From Candidatus Thorarchaeota archaeon (GTDB lineage: Archaea; Asgardarchaeota; Thorarchaeia; Thorarchaeales; Thorarchaeaceae), in the NCBI GenBank assembly GCA_016933575.1, contig JAFGAR010000101.1:32001-96000 (forward strand): a stretch of DNA of 64,000 nucleotides, written 5' to 3'. The position numbers and the translations under genes were made by a program. The notes beneath the pieces were generated by a model. The model did no database searches, had not been told where the DNA came from, and worked only from the letters and a program-made list of their open reading frames with translations. Numbering within the stretch: the stretch's first letter is position 1; each line of letters begins with the position of its first letter. Shown here one piece after another: positions 40,618 to 50,150 of the stretch.

Positions 40618-41523
40618 TTAATTTAGGTAGAATGTGCCTTCAGCGACTAGTCTGACTCTACCTGCGACATAGATTTCTTCCATACTCTCATTTGGAATTG
40701 TGGCAATTAACCGACTTGGCCGATTGACTTCATAACCCTGTTCAATATCAATTGGCTGTCCAAAGTCATGACCTTTGAGTATGTTGTATTTTTCAAGATA
40801 AGCTCCGAGTGGTCCAGCTGCACTTCCAGTTGCTGGATCCTCTAATACTCCTACACTCGGTGCAAAGATACGGGCGTGGACTGACGAGTTTCTGTTGACG
40901 GTTTCAGTGGTAAAGATGAGAATTTTTTGCGTCGATAATTCCTTCAGGTTTTCTAGAATCAGATTTGGATTTGGCACAGCTCTCTGGACTGCTGAGAGAG
41001 TAGAAATCGGAACTATCAAGAAAGGAAATCCAGTTGTTACCACCTGAACTGGACATTTTGTAGAGATATCTTTCTGCTCCAGTCCAATCGCCTCACAAAT
41101 CTTCTTTGTATCACTAACTTCTTCCATAAACGATGGAGCGGGTTGTGACATCTGGATTCTGTTACTATCTAAATATTCAACACGGATTGGTCCGATGCCC
41201 AACTGAACCAATATCGTCTTTTCGTCCGAACGTACTGTTCCTTTGTATTTTGCGACAAATGTTGAACCAAGAGTTGGATGTCCTGCGAATTGTAGCTCAT
41301 TACTGGGTGTGAAAATGCGTATCTTAGAACGACACCCTTTCATCGTAGGCTCTTCAAGAAAGGTCGACTCTGAGAAATTCAACTGTCGTGCAATGCCCTG
41401 CATCTCATCCTTGTTGAGAGCTTTGTTGAGTGAAGTATCCCAGAATGTGGCCAGATGATTTCCTCCAAATGGATATTTCTCATCCACAAAGACACTTGTC
41501 TGTACATAAGGAATAGATTTCAT
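40618..41523 (-). CDS. PhzF-family phenazine biosynthesis-like epimerase/isomerase
   Basis: FGGN, NFSESTF, RIFTP.NELQFAGHPTLG, EDPATGSA, IEQG...RPS. Confidence 0.93.
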   Translation of the reverse strand: MKSIPYVQTSVFVDEKYPFGGNHLATFWDTSLNKALNKDEMQGIARQLNFSESTFLEEPTMKGCRSKIRIFTPSNELQFAGHPTLGSTFVAKYKGTVRSDEKTILVQLGIGPIRVEYLDSNRIQMSQPAPSFMEEVSDTKKICEAIGLEQKDISTKCPVQVVTTGFPFLIVPISTLSAVQRAVPNPNLILENLKELSTQKILIFTTETVNRNSSVHARIFAPSVGVLEDPATGSAAGPLGAYLEKYNILKGHDFGQPIDIEQGYEVNRPSRLIATIPNESMEEIYVAGRVRLVAEGTFYLN

Positions 41524-41577
41524 GTGTATACTTCTTGCATACCAACTTAAGAATAAAGCTCCACAAGCAAATCAATT

Positions 41578-42042
41578 CTAGGGGCAATGTATTTTATCTA
41601 ACTCACTCTGACAGATTTCTCTGTCTTCTTTCCCCTTCACTGCCTTGGTAGCTTTCTCAGCAAGACCTCTGTATTTCTTGCAGTTTACATTATCGCCTGC
41701 TAGAGAATAAGCACGAGTCATCACTTCGTATGCAAATGCTAAGTCAAAATCGCCAATTCCTGTTTCTTTTGTAATCTTCAAACACTGTTCTGCATGAAAA
41801 AGAGCTGGTTCAATCCATGACAATGCATAGCAGACCCTAGAGATCATATATTCCGCTCGAGCAATATTGATTGGTTGTCCTATCTTACTCCAATGGTAGA
41901 GTGAAGTGTGAGCCATATGAAGGGCTTCTTCAAGTTCTTGCATGATAGGTTGTTCTTTATCCAGAATTGGCCAAATACTGTTGTTGGTCGTTATTGCAAT
42001 CTTCTTGTGGAAATCATCCAATGTCATACGATCTTCAGTCAT
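41578..42042 (-). CDS. All-helical (TPR-like) hypothetical protein
   Basis: AHTSLYHW...NIARAEYMISRV...GDFDLAFAYEVMTRA. Confidence 0.7.
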   Translation of the reverse strand: MTEDRMTLDDFHKKIAITTNNSIWPILDKEQPIMQELEEALHMAHTSLYHWSKIGQPINIARAEYMISRVCYALSWIEPALFHAEQCLKITKETGIGDFDLAFAYEVMTRAYSLAGDNVNCKKYRGLAEKATKAVKGKEDREICQSELDKIHCP

Positions 42043-42246
42043 GTCATCCACCAATGCTTCTCAATAGGTTCCATTCCGTTATTTGATTATCGTCTTTTCA
42101 TCTTTGTAGTATAATGGTAACATTATGTGACCCCATTTTGTGCCCATTCTTTATATACCAATTATCGAATAAACTAATAGAATTCGGTCTGAGACTTTAT
42201 CACTCAGAACGATTGTTAACGTGTGCTGGATTTGAGGTTTGAAAAA

Positions 42247-43323
42247 ATGAAACCAACCGATGACAATGAGGCTCCATCAGATGATACACCAATCGATGAT
42301 GAGGAGCCTTTTGATGTTGAAATAGAAATCAGACGAAAAAGGAAACTAAGGCGAAAGAGGTCTCCAGGACGTGAATATGCTTCTCTGATCAGCTTTGCTG
42401 CTTGGGCAATATTTACAGTCATCTGGCTATTCTTCTTTGCCAGTGGATACGGGCTCTTCCAGAATATCGCAGTTGTCTTCATTGCACTGTTGATCATTGG
42501 TGCTTTTAATGCATTAATTTGGATACCTTCTGTTGAAGGGCGTAAACCCAAAGCTAGTGCTGTAAGCGGAATTCTTTGGATCGCCTTTCTAATAATCTGG
42601 ATTATGTTCCTTGCAGTAGGCTTCGGATTTTATGAGAATATTGGTATTGCTCTTGCATCATTCTTGATAATAGGGGCTGTAAATATTCTACTATGGATGC
42701 CAAAGCATGGTGATGAGGGCGGTGCTAGAATAAGTGCCATATCTGCTGTCGGATGGTTGACTTTCCTTGTACTCTGGCTTCCATTTGCTGACAACTTCTC
42801 AGCTTCAATCTATCCGATTAATTTCTATCAGTCCGCATCAATCGTACTATTCTCATTACTATTGATGCTCATATTAGTGATTGCACCATGGAGAAACAAG
42901 ATGCAAATTACCATTGATGATCATGTATCTGTTGGATCTAGACCGAAGGCAACAATTGGATTACTATTCCTGTGGATACTTTTCTTGGCAATATGGATGT
43001 GGATCTTTGCTATTGATTTCTCAGGATATCAAAATTCAGCAGCTGTTCTATTCTCTTTTGCAATCTATGTTGCTATCACAATAGGATTATGGCTTCCATG
43101 GGCTCGACGTAGAGATGAAGGTCCAGAGAGTTGGTTCTCAATTGGACTGGCTTTTGCCTGGGTTCTTACATTGGCCTTGTGGTTCTGGTTCTTTGCTGAT
43201 AACTTCGACATGTACCAGAATCTAGCGATATTCCTTGTATCACTTCTAGCTATGGCAGCTATTAGTGGAAGTGCTCAATGGCTGAAATGGCATGACTTCG
43301 AAGCAATGGATTGGGAAGACTAA
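42247..43323 (+). CDS. 10-TM membrane protein built from five helical-hairpin repeats
   Basis: W..FL.IW..F.A..F..YQN.A....S repeated five times. Confidence 0.75.
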   Translation: MKPTDDNEAPSDDTPIDDEEPFDVEIEIRRKRKLRRKRSPGREYASLISFAAWAIFTVIWLFFFASGYGLFQNIAVVFIALLIIGAFNALIWIPSVEGRKPKASAVSGILWIAFLIIWIMFLAVGFGFYENIGIALASFLIIGAVNILLWMPKHGDEGGARISAISAVGWLTFLVLWLPFADNFSASIYPINFYQSASIVLFSLLLMLILVIAPWRNKMQITIDDHVSVGSRPKATIGLLFLWILFLAIWMWIFAIDFSGYQNSAAVLFSFAIYVAITIGLWLPWARRRDEGPESWFSIGLAFAWVLTLALWFWFFADNFDMYQNLAIFLVSLLAMAAISGSAQWLKWHDFEAMDWED

Positions 43324-43331
43324 TTCAATTC

Positions 43332-43355
43332 AATGGTAGGATTCTTCCTACCATT
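43332..43355. terminator. Stem-loop between convergent genes
   Basis: Perfect 10-bp stem AATGGTAGGA/TCCTACCATT with a 4-nt loop, followed by a T7 tract. Confidence 0.65.
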
Positions 43356-43367
43356 ATTCATTTTTTT

Positions 43368-44135
43368 CTAGTATGCTAACCAACCACCATCGACTGCAAG
43401 AGTATGACCTGTGATATATCTTGCATCATCACTGGCTAGGAAACATACTGCACCCCGAATCCATTCATTCTTAGCAAGCATTGGAAGCGCAGTTCTTGGT
43501 TCAATGAGTCTTTTTCTGATAGCATCGTCTTCCATAGCTCCTATTGACATCGAGGTTGGGAAGAAACCGGGTGCGATTGCATTCACTCGAATGTTATATT
43601 TTCCAAGTTCTACAGCTAGAGCTTTGGTCATAGTGACTAATCCACCCTTTGATGTGTAATATCCAATTTCTTCGAACTCAGTTCCACCAAATCCAAAGGT
43701 TGAGGAGATGTTAATAATTGACCCAGTCTTTTTTGGTATCATCACCTTCGCAACTTCACGACTGGCAAGGAAAGCTGAAGTCAGATTCACACTCATCACA
43801 ATATTCCAGTCATCCAGTGTCTGTTCGATTAGTGGTTTAACAACATACATTCCTGCGTTATTCACAAGAACATCAACAGTTCCGAACTCTTCCGAGGTTT
43901 TGTCCACCAGGCTGATAATATCACTTTCTTTGGAAACATCTGTCTGGATAGGTAATGCCTGAACGCCATATTTGGAACTTATATCATTAGCAACTTTTCT
44001 CAATAGTTCTTGACGTCTTGCTGCTAAAACAACATTCGCGCCTGCTTCAGCAAATGCATGTGCGAATTGCTCTCCAAGCCCTGCTGAAGCACCAGTTATT
44101 ATGACTGCTTTTCCCTTCAGGTTATATTTTTCCAT
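43368..44135 (-). CDS. SDR family oxidoreductase
   Basis: TGASAGLG, NNAG, YYTSK, VNAIAPG, VDGG; AGGTGA RBS. Confidence 0.95.
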   Translation of the reverse strand: MEKYNLKGKAVIITGASAGLGEQFAHAFAEAGANVVLAARRQELLRKVANDISSKYGVQALPIQTDVSKESDIISLVDKTSEEFGTVDVLVNNAGMYVVKPLIEQTLDDWNIVMSVNLTSAFLASREVAKVMIPKKTGSIINISSTFGFGGTEFEEIGYYTSKGGLVTMTKALAVELGKYNIRVNAIAPGFFPTSMSIGAMEDDAIRKRLIEPRTALPMLAKNEWIRGAVCFLASDDARYITGHTLAVDGGWLAY

Positions 44136-44212
44136 TGTCTTCACCTGATATAGCGATGAATGGTGTTCATTCAGAACCCCCTAATAAAACTCAAGATAAA
44201 TCGTAGATATGA

Positions 44213-44677
44213 CTAGTCTGTTATTATCTTGATAAAGTAATTCTCAGATTTTACAAATCCATCTCTCTCATAGAGCCCTCTACTCATCTTTGTATCATGA
44301 AGAGTCATCTTATCAATTCCTTTCTCCCTGCATACTTGCGTTATATGTGTGAGTAGCAGTCTTGCTACACCTCTGCCTCTTCTTCGGGGTTCTACAAACA
44401 TATTGAAGAGATATGCATACCTACCACTTGGATTATTGTAAGTTGGAAATGCAATCCCAAAACTTACAGCACAACTTCCGATTACCTTGCTATCCTCTAT
44501 TGCTAAGTAACAACTGATATTTGGATTCCAAGGTTCCTGGAGAAATTTCAGAGTTGCCTCACGGGTTGCAGCAATTTGCTCATCCGACCATCCCATTGAT
44601 GTGACCATTCCCACACGATGATGAAGTATTACTGGGATGTCTTCTATAGTGGCTTCTCTTATGTGAATCATTGACAT
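44213..44677 (-). CDS. GNAT family N-acetyltransferase
   Basis: NMFVEPRRRGRGVARLL, RGLYERDGF. Confidence 0.88.
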   Translation of the reverse strand: MSMIHIREATIEDIPVILHHRVGMVTSMGWSDEQIAATREATLKFLQEPWNPNISCYLAIEDSKVIGSCAVSFGIAFPTYNNPSGRYAYLFNMFVEPRRRGRGVARLLLTHITQVCREKGIDKMTLHDTKMSRGLYERDGFVKSENYFIKIITD

Positions 44678-44740
44678 AGATCTTCGAAGTGCAAAGGCTT
44701 TGGTTTGCATTAAGGATGTATCCAATGACGCATTGAATTG

Positions 44741-45715
44741 TTATTCGGGCGTGGGCAAGTCACATGGTTCAATGGACTCTACGTTCGTTTGTTTCTTACG
44801 AAGCTGATAGAGCCTGAGTAGTCCAACTGGTACGACTATAATCAACCAGATAGTGACGTCGCCTAGGGTTGAGAGTAATCCTCTGTTACCTTCAGGATCT
44901 AGCCACATTTGTCCAAGTTTCATCATCGTTATTAAAGGCAGGACCAAGATCAATCCGAATATCTGCTTTAGTCTAACAGCATTGACTTTGCATGAAAGTC
45001 TTGATCCAATTTGGCCTCCTATCAACATGCCAAAACCTAGAGCAATCGCAAAATACACATTCACTGAACCAAGGTACAAATTCATTGCAGTTCCTGCGGA
45101 AGCTGTGAACATCATAATGAACATAGAAGTCGCTACTGCGGCATGCATTGGAACTCCCATAAGTATGCTAAGAACTGGAACTACTACTGCTCCACCTCCG
45201 AGACCTAACAGACCTGCTGATATGCCTCCAACAAGCGCACCAAAGAGAGCGATTCCCCATTGTCGTCTACTGATATTGGATATGTCCCATGCTGCTAGCT
45301 CTGATTTTAGGTCCCCCTTACCACGTTTCTTAGCAAATAACATCTTCAAAGCGAGAGGCATTAGAGAAACTCCAAAGATAATTCGAAGCACATAGGGAGC
45401 TTGAATCATTGTTCGTAGTACAACGCCGAATAGAGAGCCTGGAACTGTAAGGAGTGCAAGGAGTAACCCAACCTTAGGAATGATTGGACGTGGAGTCTGT
45501 TTCCAGTATGTTACTGCACCTGCAATTGATACAAATAATGCTCCAACAAGTGCTGTAGACGGTGCAGTCTGCTCGTTGAATATCGAGTAGAACACAATAA
45601 GAAGAAGGGGTGTATTCAAAGTGCCTCCGCCTATACCAATCATGGATGATAGAACTCCTACACCAGTAGCAAAGACTGCGACGAAGACAATATCAATCAT
45701 CAAGAATTCTTGCAT
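44741..45715 (-). CDS. TauE/SafE-family (sulfite exporter-like) membrane protein
   Basis: Duplicated G.GGG...P motif (GIGGGTLNTP; GLGGGAVVVP), AVATS. Confidence 0.9.
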   Translation of the reverse strand: MQEFLMIDIVFVAVFATGVGVLSSMIGIGGGTLNTPLLLIVFYSIFNEQTAPSTALVGALFVSIAGAVTYWKQTPRPIIPKVGLLLALLTVPGSLFGVVLRTMIQAPYVLRIIFGVSLMPLALKMLFAKKRGKGDLKSELAAWDISNISRRQWGIALFGALVGGISAGLLGLGGGAVVVPVLSILMGVPMHAAVATSMFIMMFTASAGTAMNLYLGSVNVYFAIALGFGMLIGGQIGSRLSCKVNAVRLKQIFGLILVLPLITMMKLGQMWLDPEGNRGLLSTLGDVTIWLIIVVPVGLLRLYQLRKKQTNVESIEPCDLPTPE

Positions 45716-45789
45716 GAAGGCACCTTCTATTGGCGGTTGACCATAATGAGGGATACTTAAGGAATCCGCTATGGTGATTTCCAGGAATC

Positions 45790-46221
45790 CTAATCTGGGC
45801 TATTTCTACGTGCTATGAAATACAATCCTGCAAACAGGACAAGTAATCCGAAGAATATTACAATAGCCGCAAAATTAGCCTCTTCAATTGTTGTGGCAAA
45901 GGAATTGACCACTAATCCCGCTGCGATGATGATGAATCCGATGAGTGCTGTCAGTTTTCCAGGTTTTGTATTATAATTTAAGAAACTAGGTGGTTTATCC
46001 TCCCTTGGTATGACTGGTGCTTCAGAGACCTTAACAGAGCTCTTGAAGAAACGCACTTTGTCTTCAGTGAGAGTTCCATTCAATCTTCCTTCACTAACAA
46101 GATTGCCAATCATTGTGATAACATCATCAGGATCAATACCGAGTCTCTCACCCATTGTTACAATGGCGCTGACATTCTCTTCCATTATGATCTGAATTAG
46201 AAGCTGTTTTTTGTCTTCCAT
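45790..46221 (-). CDS. PCI/DDRGK-like winged-helix protein with two C-terminal TMs
   Basis: MGERLGIDPDDVITMIGNLVSEGRLNGTL followed by two hydrophobic helices. Confidence 0.65.
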   Translation of the reverse strand: MEDKKQLLIQIIMEENVSAIVTMGERLGIDPDDVITMIGNLVSEGRLNGTLTEDKVRFFKSSVKVSEAPVIPREDKPPSFLNYNTKPGKLTALIGFIIIAAGLVVNSFATTIEEANFAAIVIFFGLLVLFAGLYFIARRNSPD

Positions 46222-46371
46222 AGGCCTACACACAACTGATTCTATTCATGTAATGAAACGGGCAAGTTGTCCTGTTTTCATTTCGAATATACATATTTCC
46301 TTACATGCATACCCAAGAGGCTTAGACCAATTACCTTATAGAGTGCAAATTTTGCCTCGATGTGACTGTCA

Positions 46372-47040
46372 ATGACACTAGGCGATAATGTTGATGTAGT
46401 TGCTCCGAAAAAATGGATGGATGGCTGGGATAAAATCTACAGTCAGTTGCTCCAGAAAACAGATGATGAACTGGCTCGTGTCGATGTTGGACATCGAGTG
46501 CAGCAATTGGAACATGCACTGGCAATTACAGAAACTAATACAATAGGCTTGAAGGTTCTTGAACTAGGTTCTGGTGAAGGTAATGTTGCTTGCTATCTTG
46601 CTAAACTGGGTTGCAAAATTGTTGCAGTTGATGCTTTAGCTAGCGCGATAGCTGTAGCTCAAAGAAAAACCAAGATTTTGGGCTTGTTTGAGCAAATTGA
46701 GTTTCGGCTTGATGATATGGATGGTTGGCCAATACCAGCTAATAATTATGATATAGTAATTGCAATCCAGTCTCTTCAATACCTATTCGATAGGACTATA
46801 CCTCGACTCCGAGAAGCAATGGATGCAGTACAGCCTGGAGGATTCTTTGTCTATAGTGGCAATATTCTCCCGCATTTTGAAACTGATCCTCCGATACGAT
46901 TCATCTCAGAGGAAGAGATTCGCAGAGAGTTCAAAGATTGGACACTGCATGCCTTTGGAACTGAAGAAATCCTGCGAAAACCTGATGATCTACGAGGCTA
47001 TGTTTGGCTCATCGCACGAAAACCAATGATACACAAATGA
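46372..47040 (+). CDS. Class I SAM-dependent methyltransferase
   Basis: VLELGSGEG, VAVD, YDIVIA, VQPGG. Confidence 0.9.
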   Translation: MTLGDNVDVVAPKKWMDGWDKIYSQLLQKTDDELARVDVGHRVQQLEHALAITETNTIGLKVLELGSGEGNVACYLAKLGCKIVAVDALASAIAVAQRKTKILGLFEQIEFRLDDMDGWPIPANNYDIVIAIQSLQYLFDRTIPRLREAMDAVQPGGFFVYSGNILPHFETDPPIRFISEEEIRREFKDWTLHAFGTEEILRKPDDLRGYVWLIARKPMIHK

Positions 47041-47041
47041 C

Positions 47042-47890
47042 CTAGGATTTGATACCCCAGAAGACGACTTCGCCAAAATGCTTCTCGTACTCTCCATAGT
47101 TTGAGAAGTGTTTTTTCATAATTGTCCTAATTTCAAGTCCTTCAACAATTCCAAGCTCAGGAAACATAGTATTTCCTGTAATTCGAATGAACTCACTTAG
47201 TGTTGGTTTTGCAGGTTCATCAAAAAAGACAAGAGGCGCTGTAATCTTCAAAATTCCTCCTTTTGTAAGTACTCGCTTGCATTCAGAAATAGCGTATGGG
47301 AGTTGTGTTCGTGGAGGCACACCTCTCATACTGATCTGATTAAAGGTTTCATCTTTCGTTTCAATTTTTAATAGGTCACTTCCTACAGTCTTGTAGTCGA
47401 TACCTGTCTTACTTAGAATCTCATCAGAACCAATAATACATATTCTAACATTCTTGGAAGATGCTAATACGTCTCTAATTTCTATGAGATTATCAACAGT
47501 CAAATGAGGGAAAGCAGCAAATAGAATTGTTCCCTCAAAATTTCTGACATTAGGCACATGCCCTAGATTGTACAGTCCTCCAGAGTAGGAGGATCTGAAA
47601 GCATTGTAGAAATGAAGAATTATTTCTAATCCATTTTTCAGACTGTCAATTAGATATTCATCAGCATCAGGTCCCTGCTCATACATTCTCCTATATGGTC
47701 CCAAAGGTCCGGGTTGTAGGGCACTTACTACGAGCTTTTCAGACTCCATAGATTTTAGCAATTTAGGTAGTCTTGTCCTCTTAGGGTCTGAGAAGTCTGA
47801 TATTGAATGAATGATGTCGTAGATTGATAGAGGACACTCATCTAATGTTAACAAAATCTTTCTTTTTAGATCAGAGGTCTCAGCCTTCAT
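47042..47890 (-). CDS. PadR-like winged-helix regulator fused to a degenerate methyltransferase-like domain
   Basis: ILLTL...LSIYDI...LLKSMESEKLV...GPYRRMY; C-terminal ECKRVLTKGGILKI without a GxG motif I. Confidence 0.6.
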   Translation of the reverse strand: MKAETSDLKRKILLTLDECPLSIYDIIHSISDFSDPKRTRLPKLLKSMESEKLVVSALQPGPLGPYRRMYEQGPDADEYLIDSLKNGLEIILHFYNAFRSSYSGGLYNLGHVPNVRNFEGTILFAAFPHLTVDNLIEIRDVLASSKNVRICIIGSDEILSKTGIDYKTVGSDLLKIETKDETFNQISMRGVPPRTQLPYAISECKRVLTKGGILKITAPLVFFDEPAKPTLSEFIRITGNTMFPELGIVEGLEIRTIMKKHFSNYGEYEKHFGEVVFWGIKS

Positions 47891-48025
47891 AAAATCTCAC
47901 CTTGATATTGCAGGGATAGGGATTCCTTAATTATGAAACGTTCAACGCCAACTAACATTGGCAAAGAGACTGCTTCAATGATGTTTCTTATTACTAAATT
48001 CTCATCGAATATTCAGGGTTCTAAT

Positions 48026-48232
48026 ATGAAGCATTGTCAAGTGTGTGGATTGCTGCTTGACGAGTTCACGAAGTGTACTGAAGCGGGTCAAGGTGACTAC
48101 TGCATTTATTGTGCGAGTCTAAAAACAAAGAGTAATCTGAAGAGCGACGTACGCAGGATGATTCTCGAATTCTGGACGAAACGGGTAAAGAGTGGCCATA
48201 CTCCAAAAAAAGAGGCGCAATTTGCTTCTTGA
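48026..48232 (+). CDS. Small zinc-ribbon protein
   Basis: MKHCQVCG...DYCIYC; likely start is ATG 48026. Confidence 0.5.
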   Translation: MKHCQVCGLLLDEFTKCTEAGQGDYCIYCASLKTKSNLKSDVRRMILEFWTKRVKSGHTPKKEAQFAS

Positions 48233-48236
48233 TTCC

Positions 48237-48749
48237 CTAGCTCTTCTTCTCACCAAGTTTTGATGCTTTCTCATACAACCGTATTATCAGATCTATCTCA
48301 TTATCCATCTGTTCTAAATGCGTTAGGAATTCTTTATGCTTCTGGACGTCCTGTTTTTTCATTTTTGCTATTATGAGTTGCAAGGAATTCTTCAGGTGAA
48401 CATTCTGTTCAATTGAGTCTTGGAATCTTTTTACAACTATATCACCCATGTCCGATGCCATGTAGTATTTCCTTTCGCGTTTTCCACGTTCATTGATTTC
48501 TTCTGTGTAATTCAAAAAGCCCATTTCTACGATTGTATCTAGAAGCCTTGAAATTGTGCTTACAGACCTATCTATGTAATCCGCTATTTCCTGTTGGGTT
48601 AGCCCATCTTCCGGCCTTGTTGCTTTGTATGATATAATTGCATAGACCTTGCCCATTCCTTTTGGCATCCCACGATCCTCATAGAATCTACCAACTACAC
48701 CCATGTATTCCTGTTCAAAAGGAGTAAGCAGAGATTCTCGTAGATTCAT
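48237..48749 (-). CDS. GbsR/MarR-family transcriptional regulator
   Basis: GMPKGMGKVYA, LTQQEIADYIDRSVSTISRLL, RERKYY, C-terminal coiled coil. Confidence 0.85.
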   Translation of the reverse strand: MNLRESLLTPFEQEYMGVVGRFYEDRGMPKGMGKVYAIISYKATRPEDGLTQQEIADYIDRSVSTISRLLDTIVEMGFLNYTEEINERGKRERKYYMASDMGDIVVKRFQDSIEQNVHLKNSLQLIIAKMKKQDVQKHKEFLTHLEQMDNEIDLIIRLYEKASKLGEKKS

Positions 48750-48795
48750 ATTCGCCAGTTACTTCTTACCACATTAGCATATTAAGTTTTATTTT

Positions 48796-48822
48796 TTGCA
48801 AAATTGTGCAAATAATAAAATA
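48796..48822. promoter_or_regulatory. Palindromic operator-like element, copy 1
   Basis: TTGCAAAATTGTGCAAATAATAAAATA, identical to 48963-48989; core TTGCA-N6-TGCAA. Confidence 0.65.
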
Positions 48823-48962
48823 ATAAAATGTTTTCTTCAGTTGGACTGTGCCAGTAATTCTCAATATTTATTCTATGCAACAATTACTGATCAATCACAA
48901 GTTATTAACTCGGAGGCAGTAAGAAACCGAAATGCATCATGATATTGATATTATTTTATTAA

Positions 48963-48989
48963 TTGCAAAATTGTGCAAATAATAAAATA
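48963..48989. promoter_or_regulatory. Palindromic operator-like element, copy 2
   Basis: Same 27-mer, embedded in the extended dyad ATTTTATTA-A-TTGCA-N6-TGCAA-A-TAATAAAAT. Confidence 0.65.
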
Positions 48990-49067
48990 TACTGCATTTT
49001 AGTCATCCTAACGTATGTAATCCTCACTTTCTAATAGTATGAGATGTTGTGCAAGTAAGTGGGTCTG

Positions 49068-50126
49068 ATGAGTCAGGATGATACTCGAGAGAAAGTGGGA
49101 TTTCCACCGGGTACAGTAATACACACAGGACCAAAAAGAACTGAAAGGGTAATTATTAACATAACCGAATTCTTCGAAGGAGAAATTAGGGAATATGAGG
49201 TTGATTCAATCGAAGATTGTTCTCCAATCCAAAAAGAAGGTGCAATAAAATGGGTTCATGTGAAAGGTGTCCATGATGTAGATATCGTGCAGCAAATCTG
49301 CGAGTATTATGATGTACATCCCCTTATCATTGAAGATATACCAAGTGTTGGCCAACGCCCCAAGATAGAGGTCATGTCTCAGGGCATCTATATTGTCCTA
49401 AGATCTTATGATATCGATGAAAAAACCGAAGAAGTGTCGTCTGAGCAAGTTTCGATTGTATTCGGCAAGGATTTCATATTAACGTTTCAAGAGAATCCAT
49501 TAGACATATTTGAATCAATACATACTCGAATTCGTCAACCTGAAGGACGGATTCGTAATGCAGGTCCCGATTATTTAGTCTATACTTTCTTGGACCTGAT
49601 AGTAGACAAATATTTTGCAGTCTTGGAGTGTATAGGTGATCGAATTGAGGACCTTGAGGACGATCTTATTGAAATTGGCTCCACAGATATGTTGACTCAT
49701 ATTTATCAACTAAAGAGATTACTCCTTGCTTTCAGGAGACACATATGGCCACTAAGGCAAGTAGTACTAAAGCTTCAGAGGGATGTTCCTACTCAAATCC
49801 AAGAAGAAACTCAAGTTTTCCTTAGAGATCTATATGATCATGTCATTCGAGTAACAGACCACGTCGAAACATATAGAGAGTCAATAACAGGAATGCTCGA
49901 TATCTACCTTTCAAGGATAAGCAACAAAATGAATGAAGTTATGCAGGTTCTGACTGTCATCTCTACTGTCTTCATTCCATTGACCTTAATGGCATCAATC
50001 TATGGCATGAATTGGCAATGGATTCCTGAACTGGAGTTCTATTATGGATATCCAGTCTTTATTGCTCTCATGGTAATTGTTGCTTTGATTCTAATCTCCT
50101 ATTTTAGAAGGATTGGATGGATATAG
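49068..50126 (+). CDS. corA: Magnesium/cobalt transporter CorA
   Basis: GFPPGT, HPLIIEDI...QRPK, DYLVY..LD..VD, MNEVMQVLT, YGMN signature, 2 TMs. Confidence 0.95.
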   Translation: MSQDDTREKVGFPPGTVIHTGPKRTERVIINITEFFEGEIREYEVDSIEDCSPIQKEGAIKWVHVKGVHDVDIVQQICEYYDVHPLIIEDIPSVGQRPKIEVMSQGIYIVLRSYDIDEKTEEVSSEQVSIVFGKDFILTFQENPLDIFESIHTRIRQPEGRIRNAGPDYLVYTFLDLIVDKYFAVLECIGDRIEDLEDDLIEIGSTDMLTHIYQLKRLLLAFRRHIWPLRQVVLKLQRDVPTQIQEETQVFLRDLYDHVIRVTDHVETYRESITGMLDIYLSRISNKMNEVMQVLTVISTVFIPLTLMASIYGMNWQWIPELEFYYGYPVFIALMVIVALILISYFRRIGWI

Positions 50127-50150
50127 TGCTCTCTATTTACTAAAGCAAAT

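Noticed and set aside
44853-45395. Long antisense or alternate-frame ORFs (e.g. 44853..45395, 30335..30883, 28391..28885, 57707..58141, 63622..63948)
   Set aside because: They lie opposite well-supported genes and have no recognisable motifs; they are shadow ORFs.
48796-48989. 27-bp direct repeat as a mini CRISPR array
   Set aside because: Only two copies, a 140-bp spacer, very AT-rich and no cas genes; an operator fits better.
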